A stretch of 64,000 bases of DNA from Casimicrobiaceae bacterium. Lineage in GTDB: Bacteria; Pseudomonadota; Gammaproteobacteria; Burkholderiales; Casimicrobiaceae. Below, one piece after another: positions 45,000-54,708 of this stretch. A program made the position numbers and the translations under genes. The notes beneath the pieces are model-generated. The model was not told the origin of the DNA, did not search any database, and saw only the letters and a program-made list of their open reading frames with translations. The stretch spans positions 5,010 through 69,009 of the forward strand of contig DASXPJ010000055.1 of assembly GCA_036493675.1 (NCBI GenBank). The letters are read 5' to 3'. Positions within the stretch are counted from its first letter, which is position 1, and the number at the start of each line of letters is the position of its first letter.

Positions 45000-46463
45000 T
45001 TATTTGGCGGCGTTGACGGGCGCCGCCATCGGCTGCGCGGCGTTTTCATCGACGACACCCGAGAACATGCGCAGGCGCGGCTGCAGCGGCGGCTGCTGGG
45101 CAAGCAAGATGTCGTAATAAGCCCGCACACGATCGACGAACGTGACCGGCATCGAACCGCGTGCGTAGCCGTACTTCGCCGTTTCGTAATACTCGGGCAG
45201 CGCGAGCAGCGGCAGCGTCTTTTTCAGCGCCGACCACGTGTCCGGGTCGAGCTTCTGCTTTTGCGCGAGGATGCGTGCATCCTCCAGGTGCGCGATACCG
45301 ATGTTGTAGGCGCCCAGCGCAAGCCAGGTGAGATCGGGCTCGGCGATGCGCTGCGGCAACCGATCCTTGAGGTCACGCAGATAGCGCGCTGCGGCAAGCA
45401 CGCTCGCGGCAGGGTCGAGCCGATCGATGCCGCCGAGCCGCTGTGCGGTTTCCTCGGTCAGCTGCATCAGGCCGCGAACGCCCGTTTCGCTGGTCGCCTG
45501 CGCGTCCCATTGCGATTCCTGATAGGCGATCGCGGCGAGCAGACGCCATTCGATGCCGGTCGCCTGCTGCGCGCGCTGGAACGTTGCGCGGAGCTGCGGC
45601 AGCACCGTCTTGATGCGATCCTGAAACACGCCCGCGTCGATTCGCGGCACCGTGCCGTAGGAAAAATACCGTTCGATCAGCCGCCGCAGGCGCCCATCGC
45701 GACGCACCTGTGCGAAAAACGCATTGACGCGATCTCGCAGATGTTGTTCATCCGGCGGAAACGCCCACACCAGTTGCTGCTTCCCGGCGACCGCGAACGC
45801 CTTGTCGAAATTCAGATACACGTGCCGCGCGGCTTCGGCATCGTTCGACGCGACGATTGCATAACTAAGGGTCCCGTCGGAGACCTGGCTGATCATCGCC
45901 TCGGTCGACGGCAAGGTGGTCATCTGCCATCGGACCTCCGGGTGATCGGCTTGTACCTTGGTCAGCGCGGACGCGAGACCGCCGCCTTCGAGAACGCCGA
46001 CGCTTTCGCCAGCGAGGTCCCGCCACGATTCCGGCCTGAAGCCGTCGATGTTGTAGATGAGCACCGGTTCGGCCGCGTAGTAGCCCGACGAATAAAGCAC
46101 GCCGTTGGGCGACGGCTTCGCCGGCGAGGGAAGATACAGATTGCCGGCGCCGAGGCGCAGGCCGACGGCTCCGTCGCCGAGCTTGGCCACCGGGTCGCCG
46201 GTAGGCATTATCTTGAGCGTCACCCCCTCGTGGATGGCGAACATCTGCGCAAGATCATAGTCGATGCCCGCGCCTTGATCGTCCGTTCCGACGAACCATG
46301 TCGACGGGCCGGTGCGAAGAAGCACGGTTAATTCGTTGGTCGCGGGAGGTGGCGGTGGCGGTGACGGACCGCAGGCAGCCAATGTCATGGCGGCTACGAT
46401 GGAGCTCCACAGCAGACGTCGGGTGCGCAATAGAGCTCCGATGCGTGATGCGCTTGTTTGCAT
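45000..46463 (-). CDS. mltF: membrane-bound lytic murein transglycosylase F-like protein
   Basis: N-terminal solute-binding-like domain plus a C-terminal SLT domain (AIAYQESQWD ... GLMQLT ... AYNIG). Signal/lipobox-like AAMTLAACG. Start at ATG 46463. Confidence 0.8.
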   Translation of the reverse strand: MQTSASRIGALLRTRRLLWSSIVAAMTLAACGPSPPPPPPATNELTVLLRTGPSTWFVGTDDQGAGIDYDLAQMFAIHEGVTLKIMPTGDPVAKLGDGAVGLRLGAGNLYLPSPAKPSPNGVLYSSGYYAAEPVLIYNIDGFRPESWRDLAGESVGVLEGGGLASALTKVQADHPEVRWQMTTLPSTEAMISQVSDGTLSYAIVASNDAEAARHVYLNFDKAFAVAGKQQLVWAFPPDEQHLRDRVNAFFAQVRRDGRLRRLIERYFSYGTVPRIDAGVFQDRIKTVLPQLRATFQRAQQATGIEWRLLAAIAYQESQWDAQATSETGVRGLMQLTEETAQRLGGIDRLDPAASVLAAARYLRDLKDRLPQRIAEPDLTWLALGAYNIGIAHLEDARILAQKQKLDPDTWSALKKTLPLLALPEYYETAKYGYARGSMPVTFVDRVRAYYDILLAQQPPLQPRLRMFSGVVDENAAQPMAAPVNAAK

Positions 46464-46519
46464 TATAGACGGCGCGCCGATAGCGACATCGCTGCGCGGG
46501 CGGATGCGCGCCGCATTGC

Positions 46520-46548
46520 TTGCTGGGTCGGCACGGTTCGTTGATAAT
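46520..46548 (+). promoter_or_regulatory. candidate sigma70 promoter for ffs (TTGCTG-N17-GATAAT)
   Basis: Hexamers read directly from the sequence, about 40 nt upstream of the conserved SRP RNA core. Confidence 0.3.
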
Positions 46549-46587
46549 GACGGGCGGCAGCGACGATCCATGGCGGGCCGCCCCGCA

Positions 46588-46674
46588 TTGCATGGTGGTG
46601 AACCTGGTCAGGTCCGGAAGGAAGCAGCCATAGCTATTCTCTGCAAGTGCCGGGGGTACGGCTCGCCACCCCTT
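46588..46674 (+). ncRNA. ffs: signal recognition particle RNA (4.5S, small bacterial type); ends approximate (about +/-15 nt)
   Basis: CCTGGTCAGGTCCGGAAGGAAGCAGCCA is nearly identical to the E. coli 4.5S domain IV core (CCAGGUCAGGUCCGGAAGGAAGCAGCCA). The closing stem is GGTGGTGA / TCGCCACC. Sits immediately upstream of dnaX. Confidence 0.8.
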
Positions 46675-46875
46675 CTTTCGCGTCAGTTCGGCTTCATGCT
46701 GCGTTACCCGCCCGCCGCAGGCGCTTATGTACATCATTGGTACACGGCGCGCCTGCGTCGGTCGAGCGCCTTGCCTGAAACCGAACGCGACGCGAAATGG
46801 CCTCACTGTTCGCTGCAAAGCGAACGCGAAGCGAAATTGCGCAAAGCTTTGTTTAACCGCTAAACGTTGACCCCA

Positions 46876-48480
46876 ATGAGCTACCAAGCGCTCGCCCGCA
46901 AGTGGCGGCCGAAGAAGTTTGCCGATTTGGTCGGGCAGGACCATGTCGTGCGGGCCCTGACCAATGCCTTGGAGCGCGGTCGGCTGCATCATGCCTATCT
47001 GCTCACGGGCACGCGGGGCGTCGGCAAGACGACGATAGCGAGACTGCTCGCCAAGAGCCTCAATTGCGCGACCGGAGTCACGGCGACGCCGTGCGGCGTT
47101 TGCCCCGCTTGCCTCGATATCGACGCGGGCCGGTTTGTCGACCTGCTCGAGCTCGATGCCGCATCGAACACGGGCATCGACAATATGCGCGAGATTCTCG
47201 ACAACGCGCGATATGCTCCGACGGTCGGCAGGTACAAGGTGTATCTGATCGACGAAGTCCACATGCTGTCGAAGGCGGCGTTCAACTCGATGCTGAAAAC
47301 GCTCGAGGAGCCTCCCGAGCACGTCAAGTTCATCCTCGCGACGACCGATCCGCAGAAGATCCCTGTCACCGTCCTTTCGCGTTGTCTGCAGTTCAACCTC
47401 AAGGCGCTGCCCGCTGCGCAGATCGCGGCGCGGCTTGCCCATATTCTTCGCGAGGAAGGCATTGCCTACGACGATCCCGCGCTGGCATTGATCGCTCATG
47501 GGGCGCGGGGCTCGATGCGAGATGCGCTGTCGGTCCTCGATCAGGCGATTGCCTACGGCGCCGGAGAAGTGCGCGAACCCGTGGTGCGCACGATGCTGGG
47601 CGCGGTCGACACCGAGTACACCTATCGCATCGTGGACGCTCTACTGGCTGGAGACGGTAAGGCGCTGCTGACCGAAGCCGCAACGCTGACCGAGCGCAGC
47701 CTGTCGTTGCCGGCTGCACTGGACGAGCTGGCGAGTCTTTTTCACCGCATCGCGGTTGCACAGACCGTTGCCGGCTCCGCCGACGCTTTGCCCAACGCGG
47801 CGCGAATCGGCGGCTACGCGCAGGCGTTCACGCCCGAGACCGTGCAACTGGCCTATCAGATCTGCGTGCAAGGACGCGCCGATCTGGCGCTGGCCCCCGA
47901 CGAGGCCACGGGATTCGCGATGACGCTCCTCCGCCTGCTCGCGTTCGAGCCGGGTGCGGCGCCCCCTGCGCAGGGAGGGTCGGCCGAACGTGCGACCGTG
48001 CGCGAAAGCACGAACAAGAGCACGCAGGCGGCGACCCATTCGGCGCCTCGACCGGTTGCTGCGTCGACCGAATCCCGCGTGGTGGAGGCGGCACCGATCC
48101 AGATCGCCGACTGGCCGGCTTTCGTCGCCGGGCTGAAGCTGTCCGGCATCGCGCTGCAACTCGCCGCACAGACCGAGCTCAAGGCCATCGCCGGCAACGA
48201 GATCGTGCTCGCTGTCCCCGAGGCGGCGCGCCACCTGACCGACAAGGCCTATACCGACAAGCTCAAGGCTGCGCTGGACCAGGCATTTGGCCGCCGCGTC
48301 CGTGTCCGGTTCGACGTTGATGCCGCCGCGGCGGCGACGCTTGCCGCGCAGGAAAAGCGCGAGCGCGTCGAAACGAGAGCCAAGACCGAAGCCGCATTTC
48401 GCGACGATCCTTTCGTGCAGGACGTGCTGTCGCGATTCGACGCGACGATCAAACCGGAATCGATCAAACCCAATTCGTAG
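46876..48480 (+). CDS. dnaX: DNA polymerase III subunit gamma/tau
   Basis: [21 protein letters not shown], Walker [10 protein letters not shown], zinc module CGVCPAC, and a C-terminal tau domain V-like region. Confidence 0.9.
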   Translation: MSYQALARKWRPKKFADLVGQDHVVRALTNALERGRLHHAYLLTGTRGVGKTTIARLLAKSLNCATGVTATPCGVCPACLDIDAGRFVDLLELDAASNTGIDNMREILDNARYAPTVGRYKVYLIDEVHMLSKAAFNSMLKTLEEPPEHVKFILATTDPQKIPVTVLSRCLQFNLKALPAAQIAARLAHILREEGIAYDDPALALIAHGARGSMRDALSVLDQAIAYGAGEVREPVVRTMLGAVDTEYTYRIVDALLAGDGKALLTEAATLTERSLSLPAALDELASLFHRIAVAQTVAGSADALPNAARIGGYAQAFTPETVQLAYQICVQGRADLALAPDEATGFAMTLLRLLAFEPGAAPPAQGGSAERATVRESTNKSTQAATHSAPRPVAASTESRVVEAAPIQIADWPAFVAGLKLSGIALQLAAQTELKAIAGNEIVLAVPEAARHLTDKAYTDKLKAALDQAFGRRVRVRFDVDAAAAATLAAQEKRERVETRAKTEAAFRDDPFVQDVLSRFDATIKPESIKPNS

Positions 48481-48494
48481 GCAGGACCACGACC

Positions 48495-48821
48495 ATGATG
48501 AAGAACCAGCTCGCCGGCCTGATGAAGCAGGCGCAGGCCGTCCAGGAAAACATGAAGAAGGCGCAGGAAGCAATCGCCGCGATGGAGATCGAGGGCCAGT
48601 CGGGCGCGGGCCTGGTCAAGGTGCTGATGACCGGGCGGCACGACGTCAAGCGTGTGACGATCGACCCCTCGCTGCTGGGCGAAGACAAGGATATGCTCGA
48701 GGATATGGTCGCGGCGGCGATCAACGATGCGGTGCGCAGGATCGACGCGGCGTCGCAGGAGAAGATGGCGGGATTGTCGGCCGGGTTCGGGCTGCCGCCG
48801 GGCCTGAAGCTGCCGTTCTGA
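48495..48821 (+). CDS. ybaB: YbaB/EbfC nucleoid-associated protein
   Basis: [39 protein letters not shown]. Conserved dnaX-ybaB-recR order. Confidence 0.9.
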   Translation: MMKNQLAGLMKQAQAVQENMKKAQEAIAAMEIEGQSGAGLVKVLMTGRHDVKRVTIDPSLLGEDKDMLEDMVAAAINDAVRRIDAASQEKMAGLSAGFGLPPGLKLPF

Positions 48822-48843
48822 TCGGTCGCGACCCATTTGCCGC

Positions 48844-49446
48844 ATGGAGCCGTTGAGCAGCCTGGAGGAGCTTACCCAGGCATTGCGTTGCCTGCCGGGC
48901 GTCGGACCGAAAGCGGCGCAGCGCATGGCGCTGCATCTGCTCCAGCACGACCGCGAGGGCGGGCGGCGGCTCGCCACGGCGTTGGAGGCGGCCACGCGCA
49001 CGATCCGGCACTGCGAGCGCTGCAACACCTTCACCGAGGACGAGCTCTGCGCGCTCTGCCGCTCGTCCAAACGCGATGCGGCGCTGCTCTGCGTGGTCGA
49101 GACCCCCGCCGACCTGATGATGATCGAGCACACGCAGGCCTACGCCGGCCTCTATTTCGTGCTGATGGGGCGCCTTTCGCCGCTGGATGGCATCGGGCCG
49201 AAGGAAATCCGCCTCGACCGGCTGCTCAAGCGCGCGGCCGACGGCGCCGTTCGCGAAGTCGTGCTCGCCACCAATTTCACCAACGAAGGCGAGGCGACCG
49301 CGCACTACATCGGCGAGTTGCTCATGGCGCGCGGTCTGAAAGTCACGCGCCTGGCGCGCGGGGTCCCGGTCGGCGGCGAGCTGGAATACGTCGACAGCGG
49401 GACCTTGGCGCAGGCGCTGCGCGAGCGGCGCTCACTCGCTCCGTAA
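48844..49446 (+). CDS. recR: recombination protein RecR
   Basis: [17 protein letters not shown] (HhH), zinc finger [16 protein letters not shown], and a Toprim domain. Confidence 0.95.
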   Translation: MEPLSSLEELTQALRCLPGVGPKAAQRMALHLLQHDREGGRRLATALEAATRTIRHCERCNTFTEDELCALCRSSKRDAALLCVVETPADLMMIEHTQAYAGLYFVLMGRLSPLDGIGPKEIRLDRLLKRAADGAVREVVLATNFTNEGEATAHYIGELLMARGLKVTRLARGVPVGGELEYVDSGTLAQALRERRSLAP

Positions 49447-49519
49447 CGTCGGCGTACGTCCCGAAAGCCGTTCGGTCCCGAACTCGGCGAGCGCTTACGT
49501 GGACGCTTGCTCGGTGTGC

Positions 49520-50893
49520 CTATTTCGTTCCCTGGTACAGCACGCTCGGCAGCCAGAGGATGATCTGCGGAAAAATAATGCACAACGCGTTCCCGAGCGC
49601 TTGCAGGCAGATGAAAGGCGCAGCCGCCTTGAAGATCATCGCCATCGAGATTTCCTTGGGCGCCACGCTTTTCAGATAGAACAGCGAATAGCCGAACGGC
49701 GGACTCAGGAACGCCATCTGCATGTTGACCATGAAAATGACGCCGTACCACAGCGAGATGTCATCCGGCTTGACGCCCGCGAATCCGGCGACGCCGGTGA
49801 ACGTCAGCGCCGTCAGGATCGGCAGGAAGATCGGCACCGTCAGCAGCAGGATGCCGACCCAGTCGATGAACATGCCGAGAATGAACAGGATCACCATCAT
49901 CAGCAGCAGGATCCCGTACGGCGGCAGCCCGGTGCTCAAGATCAAGTCGGCCACAAAGGTCTGGCCGCCCTTGATGATGAAGAATCCGACGAACATCGTC
50001 GCGCCGAAAAAGATCCACATGACCATCGCCGTCGCTTTGAGCGTCGACATCGCCGCCTCGTAGAGCGCGGTCCACGTCAACCGGCGATGCAATGCGCAGA
50101 CGGCGAGTGCGCCGAAGGTTCCGATTCCGGCGGCTTCGACCGGGGTGGCAATGCCGACGAAGATCACGCCGAGCACCAGGATGATCAGCAGCACCGGAGT
50201 GATCGTGTTGCGCAACAGGCGCAGTTTCTCGCGCATGTTGACCCGCTCCTCGACCGGCAGTGCCGGGCCCAGCGACGGATTGATGTAGCAGCGGATCGTC
50301 ACATAGGCAATGTAGAGGCTCGAAAGCATCAGCCCCGGAAACACCGAGCCGATCAGAAGCTCCCCAAGCGATTGCTGCGCGACGACCGCGTAGACGATGG
50401 CCATCACCGACGGCGGGATCAGAATGCCCAGCGTTCCGCCGGCCAACAATGCGCCACATGCGAGCTTGGGCTCGTAGTTGCGCCGGAGCATTGCGGGCAG
50501 GGCGATCATGCCCATCGTCACTTCGGTGGCACCGACGACGCCGACCATCGCCGCCAGCAGCGTGCAGGCGATGACCGTGGCCGAGGCGAGACCGCCCTTG
50601 AGGGCGCCGAGCCATTTGTAGATGACGTCGAAGAGCTCCTCGATGATGCCCGCTTTTTCCAGCACCGACGCCATGAAAATGAACAACGGTACGGCGGAAA
50701 GCTGGTAGTCGGTCATGAACGGGAAGATGCGCGACGGCATCATGTTCAATACGGCGCTGTTGCCGAATACGAACAGGAAGATCGTCGCGAGGCTGCCGGT
50801 GCAAAACGCCATCGGCAGGCCGAGCGCAAGGAGCAGCCCGAGGCCGCCGAACAGCAGCAAGGAGAGCCAGGCGATGCCGATATCGAGACCCAT
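49520..50893 (-). CDS. TRAP transporter large permease (DctM family)
   Basis: 457 aa, about 12 TM, typical DctM pattern. 3-nt gap to the upstream small-permease gene. Confidence 0.9.
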   Translation of the reverse strand: MGLDIGIAWLSLLLFGGLGLLLALGLPMAFCTGSLATIFLFVFGNSAVLNMMPSRIFPFMTDYQLSAVPLFIFMASVLEKAGIIEELFDVIYKWLGALKGGLASATVIACTLLAAMVGVVGATEVTMGMIALPAMLRRNYEPKLACGALLAGGTLGILIPPSVMAIVYAVVAQQSLGELLIGSVFPGLMLSSLYIAYVTIRCYINPSLGPALPVEERVNMREKLRLLRNTITPVLLIILVLGVIFVGIATPVEAAGIGTFGALAVCALHRRLTWTALYEAAMSTLKATAMVMWIFFGATMFVGFFIIKGGQTFVADLILSTGLPPYGILLLMMVILFILGMFIDWVGILLLTVPIFLPILTALTFTGVAGFAGVKPDDISLWYGVIFMVNMQMAFLSPPFGYSLFYLKSVAPKEISMAMIFKAAAPFICLQALGNALCIIFPQIILWLPSVLYQGTK

Positions 50894-50896
50894 GCC

Positions 50897-52075
50897 TCAG
50901 GCTCCCTTGCGCATGACGAGCAGAACGTCTTTGATCAGCTTGGCGATTCCCTGCAGGAGCAGCAGACCCGCACCGATGGGGAGCGCAAGCTTGACGGGCC
51001 AGTACTGAATGCCCCATTCGGTGAACGAGTGCTCGTCAAAACTGACGGAATCGGCCGCGAAGCGATAACCGGTCACGACCATGGTGCCGACGAAGATGAA
51101 AAAGAATACCGAGGTGACGATATCGGCGATCGCCTTGCCGCGCGGCGAGAACTTGGCATAAAACACGTCGACCCGGACGTGCTGATCCTCGCGGTACGCG
51201 TAAGCGCCTGACAGTACGTACTGCATGCCGAACATCAGGAACATGCTTTCGTGCACCCAGTTCGTCGGCGAATTGAAGATGAAGCGCGCGACGACCTCGT
51301 AGTAGTAGACGAAGACCGCAATCAGCGCCCACCACGCGACATATTGGCCGGCCTTGACGTTGATCCATTCGATCGCGTCGGTGACGCGCGTATGCAAGTG
51401 CAGCGTCGGGTCCTCGCCGACCCCGGCTTCGTGCACCACCGAGGTATCCACCTCCAGGATCGGCGCGGGCGGCGCGCGCGCCGCCTCGAGCTCCCGCCGC
51501 CTGCGCACGAGGGTGGGCATCAGCACGGCATCGATCAGCAGCAGCGCTGCCATCGCGATGGCGGCCCACCGTGCCATCGCGTGCCAATGGTCGGTCACGG
51601 CCTTCGCGACTGCGTAGTCGGCCTCGCGCGGCTTGATGTCGGCCTGCGCGCGCGCGTATGCGGCCGCCTCGTCGGCCGTGGGCGGTTGCGAGCGTGGCTT
51701 GGCGTATTCGGCCGCGTTTTGCGCCTGCTCGAGCGCGGCGAAAGTTCGCGAGGTGTCGTCATGGACCTCGCGAATCTGGGTGTTGCAATAGAGGATGGCG
51801 AGAAAGACCGGGATGAACACGAATCCCAGCACGCTGCGCAGATAGAAGCGGTGGATGCCCATGAACCCCGAGCAGAGCCAGAACAGATAGGCAATGAACA
51901 GCGATGGCCCCGACGGCAACGGATGGCGCATCTGGCGTCGCACCAGATAGAGCGCGATCAGCGGGAAAATGACGACCCCGGCCCAATAGAGCCAGTGCGG
52001 CATGATGAACGTCAGTGATGGCATAGCAGGCGCATCCATCGCCTGCGGCGGCCGGGGTCGGCCGCCGCGGGACAA
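50897..52075 (-). CDS. TRAP transporter small permease (DctQ-like C-terminal half) fused to an N-terminal TM2-like membrane domain
   Basis: The C-terminal ~170 aa form a 4-TM DctQ pattern (VAWWALIAVFVYYYEVVARFIFNSPTNWVHES...). The N-terminal ~200 aa contain FWLCSGFMGIHRFYL (TM2-domain G-x-HRFY-L signature), an Ala/Glu-rich linker and another TM helix. Start uncertain: TTG 52075, or ATG 52039, 52024 or 52003. Confidence 0.7.
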   Translation of the reverse strand: MSRGGRPRPPQAMDAPAMPSLTFIMPHWLYWAGVVIFPLIALYLVRRQMRHPLPSGPSLFIAYLFWLCSGFMGIHRFYLRSVLGFVFIPVFLAILYCNTQIREVHDDTSRTFAALEQAQNAAEYAKPRSQPPTADEAAAYARAQADIKPREADYAVAKAVTDHWHAMARWAAIAMAALLLIDAVLMPTLVRRRRELEAARAPPAPILEVDTSVVHEAGVGEDPTLHLHTRVTDAIEWINVKAGQYVAWWALIAVFVYYYEVVARFIFNSPTNWVHESMFLMFGMQYVLSGAYAYREDQHVRVDVFYAKFSPRGKAIADIVTSVFFFIFVGTMVVTGYRFAADSVSFDEHSFTEWGIQYWPVKLALPIGAGLLLLQGIAKLIKDVLLVMRKGA

Positions 52076-52109
52076 TCAGTGCTCGAGGACCCGGCCGGAG
52101 ACAACCGGG

Positions 52110-53249
52110 CTAGACGTCGACCTTGAGGCCCTTGTACATGTCGGGCGTCACGTAGCCACAGGTGTGCGACTCCATGACGTCGAGCTGCAGCTTGAAGATT
52201 TTCGCCGCATCCTTGTCCTTGTTCGCCCACTTAAACCATATCGGGACCGCAAGGCGCTGCCACTTGGGCAAGTCCTCGGCCGGCATGCGGTTGATCTGCG
52301 TTCCCGCCTTTTCGAATTTGCCCCAGGCCTCCATGTCGGCTTTCTGGATCGCCGCATGATGAACGTTCGAGTAGACCTGCACTTCCTCGTCGACCCACGC
52401 CTTCATCTTGGGCGACAGCTTGTTCCAGACGTCCATGCGAACCACGAGGTCCATCAGGTCGACCGGCTGGTAGATCGATTCGAGCCCCGGAGGACCGGTC
52501 CAGATGTACTTGGAAACCTGCTGGAAGCCCAAGTCCCAGTTCACCGCCGGCCCGGTGTAGTCGGCCGCGTCGACCGTACCTTTTTCCAGTGCGGAAAACA
52601 CTTCGCCGCCGGGCAGCAACGTCGTCTTGGCTCCCGCCGCGGCGAAGCCCTCCGCGATCATGCCGCCGGGCACGCGCAGCTTCAGATCCTTGAAGTCCTC
52701 GATCGTGCGGATCGGCTTCTTCGAGTGGATGATGTTCGGACCGTGGTGAATCCGGTTGACGTAGTAGAGATTCTGCTTGGCGAAGACCTCGCGGATTGCC
52801 TGCAGTCCGCCGTGGCTGTAATAGAAAATGTCCCATTCGTGCGGGTAGCGCAACCCCATCAGGTAGGACGACATAAAAGCCGTCGAGGGGAGTTTGCCGG
52901 CCCAGTACAGCGTGAACGAATTCATCGCCTCGAGCACGCCGTTCTTGACGCCGTCGAGCAGCTCGAAATCGCCGACGACTTCCTTGGCCGCGAAGCCCTT
53001 GAATTCGAGCTCGCCACCGGTTTTTTCCTTGATTGAGCTGGCCCAGGTCTTGAACGTCTGCAATCCCACGCCAGCGGGCCAGGACGTCTGCACTTTCCAG
53101 GTCGTGGTTTCGGCGGCCGCTGCATTGCGGATGAAAGGCGCCGCCAACGTGGCGCCGCCGGCGGCCGCGATACCCGCGGCCTTGAGCAGGCGCCGGCGCG
53201 CCGGCTGGATGACTTCGGTGACGGCCGGGCTGTCTTTGCGATCGCTCAT
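52110..53249 (-). CDS. TRAP transporter substrate-binding protein (DctP superfamily, COG4663-like) with a twin-arginine signal
   Basis: Tat-like ARRRLLKAAGIAAAGGATLAAPFIRNAAA. ATG 53249 is preceded by GGAGGAG. Confidence 0.85.
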   Translation of the reverse strand: MSDRKDSPAVTEVIQPARRRLLKAAGIAAAGGATLAAPFIRNAAAAETTTWKVQTSWPAGVGLQTFKTWASSIKEKTGGELEFKGFAAKEVVGDFELLDGVKNGVLEAMNSFTLYWAGKLPSTAFMSSYLMGLRYPHEWDIFYYSHGGLQAIREVFAKQNLYYVNRIHHGPNIIHSKKPIRTIEDFKDLKLRVPGGMIAEGFAAAGAKTTLLPGGEVFSALEKGTVDAADYTGPAVNWDLGFQQVSKYIWTGPPGLESIYQPVDLMDLVVRMDVWNKLSPKMKAWVDEEVQVYSNVHHAAIQKADMEAWGKFEKAGTQINRMPAEDLPKWQRLAVPIWFKWANKDKDAAKIFKLQLDVMESHTCGYVTPDMYKGLKVDV

Positions 53250-53497
53250 TGCTGCTCCTCCTAGCTGGTAAAGGAACTTTCCGCATCGGCCTCTTTCGGA
53301 CCGGAGTGGAATCTTGCACTTCAATCCGGGCATAGAGCAAGCAAAATCCCGCACCTCCCCAGCCGAATGTCGATGGCGCCGGGGGCCGGCGCGGCCGAGG
53401 TCACCCGCCTAAGTCGCGACCGTTGCACGCCGCCGGTACGCCGGAGTACCCTCGACTCGGGGCCGGACGCGCGCATCCGGGGCCGAAGGAGACCGCC

Positions 53498-53944
53498 ATG
53501 CTGGTCAGTGAAATTCTGCGGATCAAGGGGAACGCGCTGTTCACGACAGCGCCCGATGGCTCGGTGTTCGACGCCATCAAGGTCATGGCGCAGCACGACA
53601 TCGGATCGCTGGTCGTGATGGACCATGGCCGGATGGTCGGCATGTTGACCTTTGCCGAAGTGCTGCAGGCGCTCTCGAAGCGCCAAGGGCAGCTCGGCGA
53701 TCTCAAGGTCAGCGACATCCAGGTGCGCGATCCGCTGACGGCGACGACCGGCCTGGACGTGACAGAGCTGCGCCGCGTGATGCTCGAGCGTCACGCGCGC
53801 TATGTGCCCGTGATCGACGGCCCGACGCTGCTGGGCGTGGTGTCGTTTCACGACGTGGCGAAAGCGGTCTACGAGGAGCAGACCTTCGAAAATCGCATGC
53901 TCAAGAGCTACATCAAGAACTGGCCCGACGCCGACGAGCAATAA
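53498..53944 (+). CDS. CBS domain pair protein
   Basis: Two CBS repeats (VFDAIKVMAQHDIGSLVVMD... and LRRVMLERHARYVPVIDG...). ATG 53498 is preceded by AAGGAGA. Confidence 0.8.
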   Translation: MLVSEILRIKGNALFTTAPDGSVFDAIKVMAQHDIGSLVVMDHGRMVGMLTFAEVLQALSKRQGQLGDLKVSDIQVRDPLTATTGLDVTELRRVMLERHARYVPVIDGPTLLGVVSFHDVAKAVYEEQTFENRMLKSYIKNWPDADEQ

Positions 53945-53979
53945 GCCTTTTGCGCCCCGGCGCCCCGAGCCGCAGGCCC

Positions 53980-54708
53980 TCAGTCGTTGCCCAGCAGGAA
54001 CATCGCGGGACTGCGGGCGAAATTCGATCGCGGCTCCGACCGCCACTGCGCGATGCTGCGGCTGACGATCCGTTCGGTCGATAGCGTTAGATCGGCGGCG
54101 ACACAGAATCGCGTCTGCGGCCGGCAGGCGGCCAGCACGGCGTTCACCATTGCTTCATTTCGGTAGGGTGTCTCGATAAAAAGCTGCGTGGCGCCGCTCC
54201 GTGCGATCGCCGCATCCAACGCCCGCAGCGCTGCCAGACGCGGCTCGGCACCAACCGGCAGATAGCCGTGAAAGACGAAGTTCTGACCGTTGAACCCCGA
54301 CGCCATCAGCGCCAGCAGGATGGCCGAAGGCCCGACCAGCGGGACCACGCGCACGCCAAGACGGTGCGCGGCGGCAACGACCAGCGCGCCGGGATCGGCG
54401 ACGCCTGGGCAGCCGGCATCGGAGACCAGCGCGGCGTCTTCACCTCCAAGGATGGGCCCAAGCAGCGTCGCCACGTGCTGCGGCGGTGTGTGCTCGTTCA
54501 GTTCGGCGAACGCCATCTCCTGCAGCGCATGCTCGGGCGAGAGCGATTTGACAAACACACGGGCCGCTTTCGGCGTCTCGGCGATGAAGTGGCGGAGTCC
54601 GCGCGCGATCGCAATGGTGCGCGCCGGCAGGACCGCCTCCGGTTCGACCGCGCCCAGCAGGTTGGGCAAAAGATACAGCGTACCGGGCCGGTCGCGCTTC
54701 GGGCTCAC
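53980..54708 (-). CDS. SAM-dependent methyltransferase, tetrapyrrole-methylase (RsmI-like) superfamily
   Basis: GTLYLLPNLLG ... ALVSDAGCPGVADPGA ... VPLVGPSAILLALMASG. GTG 54708 overlaps the maf TGA (GTGA). The upstream part of the 471-aa ORF is a spurious extension. Confidence 0.7.
   Translation of the reverse strand: MSPKRDRPGTLYLLPNLLGAVEPEAVLPARTIAIARGLRHFIAETPKAARVFVKSLSPEHALQEMAFAELNEHTPPQHVATLLGPILGGEDAALVSDAGCPGVADPGALVVAAAHRLGVRVVPLVGPSAILLALMASGFNGQNFVFHGYLPVGAEPRLAALRALDAAIARSGATQLFIETPYRNEAMVNAVLAACRPQTRFCVAADLTLSTERIVSRSIAQWRSEPRSNFARSPAMFLLGND

Noticed and set aside
46876-48480. Looked for a dnaX programmed frameshift site (A AAA AAG or a long A-run)
   Set aside because: I saw no slippery heptamer or A-run of 6 or more in the gene. 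There is no evidence for a gamma frameshift product from the sequence alone.
49499-51211. 570-aa ORF on the + strand, very rich in D/E/R/H/Q
   Set aside because: It is exactly antisense to the dctM and dctQ membrane genes. Antisense translation of hydrophobic GC-rich codons gives this kind of charged low-complexity sequence. It has no motifs and no independent start context, so it is a typical high-GC shadow ORF.
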